A DNA stretch of 63,361 nt, counting the filler, from Pirum gemmata (taxonomy: Eukaryota): the NCBI GenBank assembly GCA_002812295.1. It is 28 parts of 28 records of this genome, joined end to end, with 100 filler letters (N's around TTAATTAATTAA, not from the genome) between each part and the next. Parts side by side here need not be neighbours in the genome. Positions count along the whole stretch, not along the records: positions 23,165 to 25,240 come from PDIN01008835.1; positions 25,341 to 27,414 come from PDIN01008836.1; positions 27,515 to 29,537 come from PDIN01008837.1; positions 29,638 to 31,677 come from PDIN01008838.1; positions 31,778 to 34,818 come from PDIN01008839.1; positions 34,919 to 36,941 come from PDIN01008840.1; 22 more parts are not named here. The stretch is one strand, 5' to 3'. Under the pieces are notes generated by a model. It was given only the letters and a program-made list of their open reading frames with translations. It was not told the origin of the DNA and searched no databases. Positions 23,249-35,450 of the stretch are shown piece by piece. Both the position numbers and the translations under genes were made by a program. Position 1 is the first letter of the stretch, and every line of letters begins with the position of its first letter.

Positions 23249-23964
23249 GCCCGTGTGGAACTGAATTCCGTGCTGCATTTTCGTGCTTTATTGCTAGTGA
23301 GGATGAAGAAGATAAACCACGGGGATTTGAATGTGTGGATTTCTTTAAAAATATGCATGAATGCATGACAGAAAATGCTGACCATTATGCTAAATACGTA
23401 AGTTACTGAATTTTATAACCCTAACCATAACCATAACCGTATAACCGTATATTAGAAAAAATACCAAGTTCGCATATAGATATATAGATGTATAATATTA
23501 TAATATGTTTTTTTTTTTTAACTGGTCATTCAATTTGATTTTTTATTATTATTGACGTTTGTTACAAAAAAAAAAAATTTAACTAAGAAAAAAAAAAAAA
23601 GAACCCCCAACTAATTTTTAAATCAGTATCGAACACCCAATAATTAATACGTTTGAAATCTAATGATATAGTAGAAACGTGGCAATGATTATATTAATGT
23701 GAAATTTAGATAGCTTAAACCAATGTGAAATCAAAACGAAGTCAAAATAAATAACAAAAACAGACCATATCCAATAGCAAAAAAACAGTTAAAAATAATA
23801 ATTTAATTATATTAACCAAAATAATATTTAATATATAGCTGGAAGGCGCCGATGATGAAGAAGAAATGATAGGTGAGGGGGGGCAGGAAAGTAAAATTGA
23901 AAATGATAGTGAACCAAAAGAATCAAAAGAACGAGAACCTAAAGCCGCTGAGACAGAAAGTTAA
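23249..23964 (+). CDS. CHCHD4: Mitochondrial intermembrane-space import oxidoreductase Mia40, last two exons (23249-23397, 23839-23964)
   Basis: GPCGTEFRAAFSCFIAS...GFECVDFFKNMHECMTENADHY has twin CX9C motifs, followed by an acidic tail LEGADDEEE...ETES*. The CPC exon lies off-contig. Confidence 0.85.
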
Positions 23965-25719
23965 AAAAGATGCATATCGATATCAGACCTGGCATTGCCT
24001 GGCAATTACTTGCTTCCCATAGTTCACGTTGCTTTCTGACAATCTTTTAAATAAATAGATGAGTAAGTAACCGAACGACCACTGCTGAGGCACACAGTTT
24101 CCTCCAAGCTAAATTTTTGAATTTCGAAACTAAAATGTGTTCTTATTATGTAATAACTACACTCTTGTCTAAATTCTATGTTATTAAGCCGTTATTACTT
24201 TTGTTTTTCGACGCCCTCCTTTTCCTGTTATTGAAAAAGTCAATAATGCCTTCTTTCTTGTAAATAAAAGCTGGCCCAATGGCATTTGGTCTAATTTTTT
24301 GTGTGTGATATTACTATACTGTATTAACCATTTTTTTTTCCTGGTCTTTTTTTTATTATTCCTTCTTTTTTTCTTTTTCTTTGTTCTTTTCTCGTTTTTT
24401 TTTTTTTTCGGCTGTTGTGTGTGTGTGTGTGTGTATGTGTGTGTGTTGATATTCCGCGATTAGGGTCATACCTTCTTTCTATAACCTTAATTGGTTTTGT
24501 GAAAGAATGGTGGGAGCGGTGGTATAAGTATAGCAATTATGAATTAGAGCTTCAATACACACTAACTTTATAACAGTATTATATTTTTCCAAAAAAAAAT
24601 ATTAATAAAAGAACAACAATAACATACTATTACTGTTACTGTTACTGTTACTGTTACTGTTACTATTACTATTACTATTACTATTACTATTACTATTAAT
24701 ATTACTATTACTATTACTATTACTATTACTATTACTATNNNNNNNNNNNNNNNNNNNNNNNNNNNNNNNNNNNNNNNNNNNNNNNNNNNNNNNNNNNNNN
24801 NNNNNNNNNNNNNNNNNNNNNNNNNNNNNNNNNNNNNNNNNNNNNNNNNNNNNNNNNNNNNNNNNNNNNNNNNNNNNNNNNNNNNNNNNNNNNNNNNNNN
24901 NNNNNNNNNTTACTATTACTATTACTATTACTATTACTATTACTATTACTATTACTATTACTATTACTATTACTATTACTATTACTATTACTATTACTAT
25001 TACTATTACTATTACTGTTAAGATTACTATTATTGTTACTATTACCATTACTAACATTATTCTATCTATTACTATGACTATAACCATTACTATTACTATT
25101 ACTATTTCTATTACTGTTACTATTACTATTACTATTACTATTACTATTACTATTACTATTACTATTACTATTACTATTACTATTACTATTATTATTACTA
25201 TTACTATTACTATTACTATTGTTGTTACTATTGTTGTTACNNNNNNNNNNNNNNNNNNNNNNNNNNNNNNNNNNNNNNNNNNNNTTAATTAATTAANNNN
25301 NNNNNNNNNNNNNNNNNNNNNNNNNNNNNNNNNNNNNNNNATATTATATATGTGTGTTTTAGGCTGCTGTTCCAGGCAAAAGGCCTGGTCAGCTCATTAG
25401 GTTCTTGTCTGCTTTTCATTTTTTTTGTCACTTTTGATTATTTATTTGGTAATCTCAAAGTTATAAAAGTGGCTATTTTAAAAAATTATAGAATAATAAT
25501 AAACATACCAGATTAATTGAAATGTATCAAATAGATTCAATGCAGTCCTAATTTGGTACTTATTATTGTATATTTTATCATATATTTACATTATACAATA
25601 TGTAGTAAATATATGACATAAAAATTATTGTGTTAATCATGAGGTGTAAAATATGAAAGGCAAACGGGATGACGTCATTATAATGCTAAATATCAGCAAT
25701 GGATGACAGAATGTGAGGA

Positions 25720-26065
25720 AAGTTGAAATATTTTTTGTTATAATTATATTACCATATTTGTAATAACATGGTACGTCATAACCACTCTCATTACTTCCAT
25801 ATATAGTAATATTATTAATAAAAAAATTCAAAATTCCTCACCTTACGAAAGTTGAAATATTTTTTGTTATAATTATAATAATAATATTACTATATATGGA
25901 AGTAATTATTTCAAATATGGTAATATTATACGTCATAACCACTCTCATTACTTCCATATATAGTAATTATTTCAAATATGGTAATATTATACATCATAAC
26001 CACTCTCATTACTTCCATATATAGTAATATTATATTAAAAAAAAATTCAAATTTCCTCACCTTAC
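25720..26065. repeat. Short tandem repeat cluster
   Basis: CATAACCACTCTCATTACTTCCATATATAGTAAT x3; GAAAGTTGAAATATTTTTTGTTATAATTATA x2. Confidence 0.75.
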
Positions 26066-26511
26066 GTCACACATCTACGGAAAATAAATGTTATTATAAA
26101 AGGCGTCATCCACATTTCCCTCAAACTTAAAAACCTGTGTAAAGTTATCTTTTTATCAAAGGGGTCGACTAAAATTGTTCCATTTAATTTTTTTAAATAC
26201 CAAATAGTCTACCTACATGACTATTTTTTTTTTTAAAAAAATCGAAAAAAACAAAATTTCAAATTTTCAGCGTGCAGTTCGAAAAATTATTAAATCAAAA
26301 TATAACCAACTAGCAAAATAATAAAAGTGTTGCTAATTTTGTGAAAGTTTAACAGATTTTCGAACTTATCGGAAAATAACTTCATTCTTTTATCTAATTC
26401 TAATAGTTATTATGATCCAAATATTAAAACTATACCGTGTTTTAAAAATGATATTACTTTTTTTCTATTGGTTAAAAATGACAGGACTTTTTTCTATTGG
26501 TTTAAATACTA

Positions 26512-27308
26512 TTATAAATGATAACTACCAACTGCAAACGCAGGGGATTGGTGCATATCAACATGACCTTCATTAATATTCGATGACGTAATATGTATAG
26601 CTTTGGTATTAGATGATGTCGATAAAATACAATTTTCATCATTTTCATCATCATCAGCGTTGGTTGCATGATGATCATGATGATGATGATGATGTTGTTG
26701 TTGTTGTTCACTATAAACACCATCATTAGAATCATCTTCATCGACATTATTATTTTTCTGTCCAGAATTACCACCTTTTGGATCGTCTAATTCATTATTG
26801 TCATCCAAAATACATTCATCATCATCATCATCGTCATTTTCTTTATCATCGTCATAGACCTCATGAGGAACAACTGGCAATAAACAAGCTTGTATAAGAA
26901 ACCCAGTAAACTGCATGGCAGCAGTAGCATAAAACGTAGAACCATAACCGCATTTATCCACTAAATAACCACCTAAAGCAGCACTTCCAGACCACCCGAA
27001 CATAGAAACAGATTCTAAACTATTCCATTTTCCTCGGTTTTCTTTAGTAACAAAATCCATTAATATTGATCTTACTAAAGGATATGTACAATTCATGAAA
27101 CCTGTTCGAAAAACGTAGATAACAACAATTATATACGGTTGTGTTTTCCATAAATCTTGTAACCAGGTCATAACACAAAGTAAGGTAATACCGATTAAGT
27201 TAGTGGTACAAACAGTTTGGATACGACCGAATTTTCGAGAAATACGCTGTGTGCATAAAGAGAATATCGCCATCAAAAAAGGTCCAGCGGTGTACACTAA
27301 ATTCACCT
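26512..27308 (-). CDS. Major facilitator superfamily transporter, last exon (C-terminal TM bundle + acidic tail)
   Basis: Several TM helices; motif-A-like SRKFGRIQ; RSILMDFVTKENRGKWNSLES, GGYLVDKCGY. Confidence 0.88.
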
Positions 27309-27309
27309 C

Positions 27310-27340
<31 letters not shown>

Positions 27341-27514
27341 TTGATAATGATATTAATAATAATGATATTAATATTAATATTAATAATAGTAATGATATTA
27401 ATATTAATATTAATNNNNNNNNNNNNNNNNNNNNNNNNNNNNNNNNNNNNNNNNNNNNTTAATTAATTAANNNNNNNNNNNNNNNNNNNNNNNNNNNNNN
27501 NNNNNNNNNNNNNN

Positions 27515-27550
<36 letters not shown>

Positions 27551-28667
27551 TACACGTTTTGCAAAGTGACGTTTTGTTTTTATTTGACGTCATACTAATT
27601 ACAGATGTGGTACTATTATTTTTTTGCAAATAGGATGAGCTTTTGAAGGTAACTCTAATTGCAAAGAAATCTCTCTTTTAATTTTAAAAAATGATATTAT
27701 CATAGCTCTCTGAAGTCTGAACTCTCTGTCTAACCCTCGGTTCACCGAGCCGTATCTCGACCCCCAGGCATGCTATGAAAATTTTGAGACCGAGCCGAGT
27801 CTCCCTACTGTTTTAATTAAAAAAAAGTCGAACATAAAAAAAAAAAATAAAGCGTGACTTTGTTCGAAATCGAAAAAATAGTTTTTGAAAAAGTTACTTT
27901 GAAAAAAAAAAAAAAAACTCCCAAAAAATGAATTTGGTACTCCTTCCAGATTGCCATATGGAGACCATATATATCAATATAGGCCCTCTAGATTTCTATC
28001 TGGAGCGAAATTTATAAAAATACCACGGTATCTATAATCACAAGAGTAGGTGAGATATCTACTGGAACTTTTTTCGAACAGATGCTTATCGAGCCAACCT
28101 TAGTCCAAATGAAAAGCACGATAGTAGTTTCTCTAGCTAGCTAGCTAGTAGTCAAAGAGGAACTACTAGCTAGATAAATTTAGAATAAGTCTAGTTATCA
28201 TACTAGCTAGTAGTGTTACTCTAGCTAGCTACTAGCTAGTAGTATTACCGCAGTCATTATTAGTCTTGACATAGACCATATAGTGACCATATTATATACC
28301 ATCACCATAATATTATACAAAAAAATTCAAAAAATTTTCAATATATAAATTATAATCCATATATTGGTCATTTAAAATATATTAACCAGTGAAAGGAAGG
28401 TATTTTATTATTTTTACCAATTGGAAAATATTAGTATATTTTTTTTTTTTTTCTTTTGCCAATGAAATTAACAGCTGAATGGTAGACTCAGCTATATAGG
28501 CATTGGCAATGATAAGGCATAGCAAGAGCTATAACAAGGTAGGTAGGCTTTAGAGGGCTATGCTCTTTACTCCAACTAGCTAGACTACTAGCTGGACGGA
28601 CTACTAGTAGCTAGCTAGTAGAGCTCCTATCCAATAGCTGGACTGTAGCTCTAGCTAGCTACTAGCC

Positions 28668-29010
28668 TGAAGGCCATATGACATACTGCTATCATACTAG
28701 AACTACTATAGTACTATTACTAGCTCCTAGCTTGTATGTTATGTAACAGTTATGTAATGTATGCATTGGGTATGGATTGTTTTTGTAAATATAGGTAATA
28801 ATCAATTGGTGTAAATCCCTTTTGAGATGAAGGCCATATGACATACTACTACTAGAACTACTACTAGCCCCTAGCTATGTAATGTATCATATGTCTACTA
28901 GTACCTAGCTAGTATGTAATGTATCGATATGTCTAGTAATGTATGCATTGGGTATGAAATGTTTTTGTAAATATAGGTAATAATCAATTGGTGTAAATCC
29001 CTTTTGAGAT
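28668..29010. repeat. Two-copy tandem duplication (~160-180 bp)
   Basis: TGAAGGCCATATGACATACT...GTAAATCCCTTTTGAGAT occurs twice. Confidence 0.8.
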
Positions 29011-29020
29011 CGGCAATTCG

Positions 29021-29059
<39 letters not shown>

Positions 29060-29247
29060 CAAGAAAAAAATCCTAGGAAAAAAATCGTTGTTATCATGGC
29101 CCCGTTTCGTTTGGGGTAACTACTAACTAACTGATGCCGTACAGTACTCCTAGCTAGTAGTCTCCTACTACTAGCTAGTGCCGTACTCAGCAGCCGTAGT
29201 GACTACCACTGACTGACTGGGGTTGTAGTGTTGTTTTGATTGGGTTG

Positions 29248-29295
<48 letters not shown>

Positions 29296-29854
29296 AGCAT
29301 TTGGCTCAGGCTTATTTGGCTCATTGATTTGGGTCTTATATTTTTTAGCCATTTGGGGAAATTAATTTGAATATAAAATGATTTTGACCAATAAAATTAG
29401 TAATAGAGTAGACTAGTAGTTAGCTAGCCACTAGTGGAGGTCTAGACCTCAGAGGTAGACCTCTAGTAGTTAGCTAACAGGTAGACCTGGGGCTACTCTA
29501 GCTCTAGCAGCTAGCTATTTTTTTTTTTTTTTTTTTTNNNNNNNNNNNNNNNNNNNNNNNNNNNNNNNNNNNNNNNNNNNNTTAATTAATTAANNNNNNN
29601 NNNNNNNNNNNNNNNNNNNNNNNNNNNNNNNNNNNNNTAACCCTTAACCCTTAACCCTTAACCCTTAACCCTAACACTTAACGCTAACACTTAACGCTAA
29701 CACTTAACGCTAACCCTAACCCTAATATTTAGTATTAATTATTATTTTAATTGTTAGTTATTAATTATTTTAGTTATTAGATATTTTAAAGATTATAATT
29801 ATATTAATAATAATTAATTAATAATCAATATAAATTATATATAATATAATGTAG

Positions 29855-31423
29855 GAACATGTACATCGAAAGAAGGTTACGCAGTTGCGGTTGGGGCAAT
29901 CTCACTTTTTCTTTCATTAGTTCTTTTGGCCTGGGAAGCCACCCAAGGTATCCCTAGTAAAGTCAATGCTTTAGCTAGTGTATTTCTATTTTTATGGTGG
30001 GTAGCAGGTACTGGTGTAGGAACATTTTCAGGTAAATGATAGTTTTTAATTTGGCTCTAACCCTTAACCCTTAACCCTTAACCCTTAACCCTTAACCCTT
30101 AACCCTTAACCCTTAACCCTTAACCCTTAACCCTTAACCCTTAACCCTTAACCCTTAACCCTTNNNNNNNNNNNNNNNNNNNNNNNNNNNNNNNNNNNNN
30201 NNNNNNNNNNNNNNNNNTTAACCCTTAACCCTTAACCCTTAATTAATAACCCTTAACCCTTAACCCTTAACCCTTAACCCTTAACCCTTAACCCTTAACC
30301 CTTAACCCTTAACCCTTAACCCTAACCCTAAATTAACAACATTATCCTAAAACATTGAAATAAGAATTACGTTTCTTACAAAATAAACCCAAACTTTCAA
30401 GAGCTTTTTTAATTTATATCTTTCTCGCAGCAGCACATAACTAATAAAATACTTTAATATTTATAGTGAATATGATGATTATGATTATGATTATGATTAT
30501 TATGATTATGATTATGATTATTATGATTATGATTATTATGATTATGATTATGATTATTATGATTATTATGATTATGATTATGATTATGATTACATCGTTT
30601 GCCATCACAACCGCCAATCAAAACATTAAAACTTTATAAACCATAATTATTTACACCAAATCAATACCAACATCTGATTTTAGTTATCAGTTATTAGTTA
30701 ACATTCATAATATGTATTGTCATTTCTCATTTATCAATCATCAATCATTATTATTATATTATTTACGACGACGATGTTATATACTAAATTATATTACCAC
30801 AATTATTAACCAATGTTCGAACTCTTTATTAACTTATTAATTCTCTTTTTACAGCTCCTTTTCCGTTAGCAGGCAATGGTTACTTCTCTGCTTGGTTTGC
30901 TTTATTTGTTAGTTTGTATTATGTATTCATTTCTTTGGAATTATCAATTAATACTGTTGACCTAGACAAAGCATCAGTCTCTGTTTTCTTTTTGTTTGTC
31001 AGCTCAGTGTTCTATATCGCTGCTGCTGGTCAAAATTGTAATACTTTCAATAATTGTACTAGTTATAACGGTTACGCGGTTGCAGTTGGGGTGATTTCTA
31101 CCGTTTTTACTATGGTTTTAATTGGTTTGAAATATACTAAAGAAGATTTATTTATTGGGGCACCTGGCCGTGCTATTGCAGCGTTTTTGACTTTGTGGTG
31201 GGTATTAGGGGCATCCATTGGTACTTTTAAATCACCTTTTATATATTTGACCAACGGTTATTTTGCTGGATGGTTCTGTTTGTTTTCTAGTTTGTTTTTG
31301 TTAGCTACTTTGTTTCCTTCAATCGGTAACAAAATAAATTCAGTTGTACACCCAGAAAGCAATGCAAAGAAACCTGATTTAGAATCCGGAGTTGCTGTTG
31401 AAAATCAAAGTGAAAATATGTAA
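29855..31423 (+). CDS. Multi-pass membrane protein of tandem 4-TM (MARVEL-like) modules, last two exons 29855-30031 and 30855-31423
   Basis: Two internal repeats: CTSxxGYAVAVGxIS...LWWVxGxxxGTFxxPFxxxxNGYFxxW. Confidence 0.8.
30057..30330. repeat. (CCCTTAA)n heptamer telomere-like array inside an intron
   Basis: Tandem repeat; also present at 29638-29670. Confidence 0.9.
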
Positions 31424-31665
31424 AATAATAATAAAAATATAATATAATAAAAAATGACATGTAAAAAATATATTGTGCTTTTCATTTATTTTGTCACTCT
31501 GACTATTTATTTTGTTTGTTATAATATTTAAATTGATATTTTTAAATTAATAATTAGATTATAAAATATACCAAAATAAATAAAATGGCTTATATTGTAT
31601 TAATTTGATACTCTTTATTATTACTATTATTACTATTATTGTTATTATTATTATTGTTATATTAT

Positions 31666-31677
31666 AGATCGGAAGAG
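31666..31677 (+). other. Illumina adapter remnant at contig end
   Basis: AGATCGGAAGAG lies immediately before the linker. Confidence 0.85.
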
Positions 31678-31777
31678 NNNNNNNNNNNNNNNNNNNNNNN
31701 NNNNNNNNNNNNNNNNNNNNNTTAATTAATTAANNNNNNNNNNNNNNNNNNNNNNNNNNNNNNNNNNNNNNNNNNNN

Positions 31778-31886
31778 TTTCATGGAAAAAACTTGAAACT
31801 CGAAAAAAAAAGAACATCATTTCAAAATTATACTATTTAATAATTAGAATCGAGCTGTTTGATTTGATTATGTTTTCCCGTATCTC
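31778..31886. mobile_element. TIR element family C, partial
   Basis: Matches the right half of 60045-60340 and ends TTCCCGTATCTC. Confidence 0.75.
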
Positions 31887-32664
31887 TCGGTTAGTTTGGT
31901 TTTCGTGTTAGTTTGGTTTTAAACAAACCTGAAAACCAAACCAAAACCAAAAACCAAACCAAAACCAAAAACCAAACCAAAACCAAAAACCAAACCAAAA
32001 CCAAAAACCAAAACCAAACTAAAAACCAAACCGAAAACCAAACTAAACCCCAAACTAAAAACCAAACCCGAAAACCAAACCCGAAAGCCAAACCCAAAAA
32101 CCAAAACCAAAAACCAAAAACCAAAACCAAAAACCAAAAACAAAAACCAAAACCAAAAACCAAAACCAAAAACCAAACCCAAAAAACAAACAAAAACAGT
32201 TCCAAAAACCGAATCTTTAATCTAAACCTGATTTTTACTATATTATTATTCTAGGTTATGCCACTAATGATAAATATGCATATTCTCTTAATTTTTCTGA
32301 GTTAAAAAAATCCACTACTTCACCAACTTTAGGTTTTTGTTTTATTTTATTTTTATTTTGTTTGTTTGTTTTTATTATTACTTGTAATTGTTTGTTTATT
32401 TGTTATTGTTTTTTTGTTTGTTGTTCGGTTGGTTTGTTGGTTTGTTGATTTCCTTTTTTTGTTTTGTTTGCATTTTGTACTTTTATACACACACAATCAG
32501 TGACACTTTGTTTGTATTTGTATTTTTTTTTATTTTTGTATTTTGTATTTGTATTTCTATTTGTATTTCTATTTGTGTTTGTGTTTGTGTTTATTTTGCG
32601 TTTGTGTTTGTGTTTGTGTTTGTGTTTGTGTTTATATTTATGTTTATATTTGCTTTTGCTTTGG

Positions 32665-32696
<32 letters not shown>

Positions 32697-32766
32697 TACT
32701 ACTACTACTANNNNNNNNNNNNNNNNNNNNNNNNNNNNNNNNNNNNNNNNNNNNNNNNNNNNNNNN

Positions 32767-32833
<67 letters not shown>

Positions 32834-33306
32834 GGATAATAATAAGGATAATAAGGATAAGGATGTTAAAGGATAAGGATAAGGATAATAATAATAATAA
32901 GGATAATAATAATAAGGATAATAATAATGATGACGATAACAATGATGATGATAATGATGATAATAATAATGATGATTAATATGATAAAATGAGTATACAT
33001 ATAAAATGAGACTATGATAGCACAAGCGAGTCTAGCTAGCTAGCTAGCTAGCTCTAGCTATAATAAAAAATAGTGTGTCTACGATACTAAGCTAGTAGCT
33101 AGCTAGACTATCTAGCTAGCTATTGATAAACACTATTCTAGCTCATATCTAGCTAGCTAGTAGCTACTACTACTAGCTAGCTGGTATGATACTACTACTA
33201 CTACTAGCTAGACTAGAGCTAGAACTAGCTGGTGTAGTCTGTAGCGGGGGTCTAATAATCTGTAATCTCAGATCTCAGTCTTTTTTGGGTTATAAGTTAT
33301 AACTAA

Positions 33307-33579
33307 GGGAGCGTTCAATAATTACGTACCGCCGATTTGGGACAAAAATCTACCCTACTTACCCCCGTGTAACGGGCTGTCACGTTTGAGAAGGACTACC
33401 TACCCTTATGACGTAACGATTTGGAAAAATAGTACCCTAAATTACCCCTCATGGGTCTATATATTTTTTTGCGTTATGTCATATTACGAAAACCTACCCC
33501 CCTACTGCGTCACGGCCTGTCACAAAAATCCGACCCCCCCTACCTACCCCCCAGCGTTACGTAATTATTGAACGCTCCC
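33307..33579. mobile_element. MITE family B (PIF/Harbinger-like), full copy, perfect TAA target-site duplication
   Basis: TAA-GGGAGCGTTCAATAATTACGTACCGC...GCGTTACGTAATTATTGAACGCTCCC-TAA. Confidence 0.9.
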
Positions 33580-34095
33580 TAACGGTTATAACTAACGATG
33601 GAGGGCAACATCGAAATGACGAAGGGTATTTTTTTTCCAGGATAGTTAGTACCTTGGCCAAACCGGCTTTCTTTTGCTTTTTTCAGCTTTTTTTATCGAT
33701 ACATCTTATGATATTATAATATTATGATTATATTTTTTTTAAAAAATAATTTGGCCAGGTTTTTATAGAAGAGGTCGAAAAAAAAAATGATTTTTGCAGT
33801 GGTAGACTATCGATAGTAGACTAGCTACTAGCTAGTAGGCCCCCCAGTCCCCCCCCCACCTCTGCTACTGGTAGCTCCCCTGGTAGACTATCGATAAGTA
33901 GACTAGACTATCATAGCTAGCTAGTAGCTAGGTAGCTATCAAACACTTGACACACTTTAGTCACAGACTACCAGTAGCCTAGCTAGGCTACAGCTTTAGG
34001 TAACTATCATAGTCGAGCAGCCCCTCTCGAGCTATCATACTGCTATCATATACCGGTATATTATAATTATGATATAGGTAATAGGTAGTATCATA

Positions 34096-34308
34096 GTGAG
34101 GGATGAGATGACGTCATCTTACTAATTGGATGCTCGGACCGGCGAACTTCCAGAAATTTGCCTAAAGTTACTATAAATAGTATAATAAGCTCTTTTTAAA
34201 GTAACTACTTAAATAAGTAGCTACTAAATAAATAATTAGAAATACGCGAACAACATTTACTTTGTGCCTCGGTCAAAAAAGTTCGCCATAAGAGTTCTCA
34301 CCCCTCAC
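34096..34308. mobile_element. Non-autonomous TIR element with long target-site duplication
   Basis: TIR GTGAGGGATGAGA / TCTCACCCCTCAC; internal IR GGCGAACTT / AAGTTCGCC; flanking direct repeat TAGTATCATA at 34086-34095 and 34309-34318. Confidence 0.78.
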
Positions 34309-35450
34309 TAGTATCATAATATTATTTTTATAAAACATTTTTAAACCATAACATGTAGACTATGGCGCGTGTGTATATCATCAGATAAAAAAATTATATA
34401 ATAACACTATCTACTATTCACTTTTTTGTTGTTGTTATCTATAGTTGTTCGTTTGCTTGTTTCCTTGTTCATTTCACTTTGTTTATTTCACTTTGTTTCT
34501 TTAGTTATTAGACTAGATTATACTATAAAAGGATTTATAATATCAAAATAACGATATGTTTTATGTTTTTTGTTAAATTTTTGGAACGATGATACTATTA
34601 TTTACTCAGTTTTTATTAACAATGTATCGTACGAACGTGAATGTGAATGAATGCTTAGATTGATACATAAATATATTGTACGTGTGTATTATCTACATAT
34701 ATGCTAGGTTTTAGGCATTCGTAATAATACCATCCTCCTCCTCCTCCTCCTCCTCATAATAATAATCATAATCATACTCATAATCATACTCATACTCATA
34801 ATCATAATCATAATCATANNNNNNNNNNNNNNNNNNNNNNNNNNNNNNNNNNNNNNNNNNNNTTAATTAATTAANNNNNNNNNNNNNNNNNNNNNNNNNN
34901 NNNNNNNNNNNNNNNNNNAACATTTGTCTGCTAACGTCTTGACCCCTCCAGAAATTACTTTAATTTTCTTTTTTATGGGGGGTAGTCATGGCTGATGTCT
35001 TTGATTCAGATTTCTTTTCAAGGAAATCCGCAACCAACTTTAATCGCTTCTCCTGCAACTCCAACAAGTATCGTTTGATAGTCATTTTCATAGAGGGTTT
35101 TTTTGTATCCAAAAGCTGGTTCTGGCTTTCAGCGATTTGCTCATCAATGTCGCTTAACAGTGTTTCCAAATTTGATTTTAGGAATGCTGCTGCCGATTCA
35201 TCGCTTGCGATCACAGTACTTGTTTGAGTTGCAGGAGAAGCGATTAAAGTTGGTTGCGGATTTCCTTGAAAAGAAATCTGAATCAAAGACATCAGCCATG
35301 ACTACCCCCATAAAAAAGAAAATTAAAGTAATTTCTGGAGGGGTCAAGACGTTAGCAGACAAATGTTTGCTGATGTATTACGCCAAGAAATATGTGGAAC
35401 GGCATTGCAATCAGGATTGCCAACACAAGGCGGTACTTCTAGAACACTNT

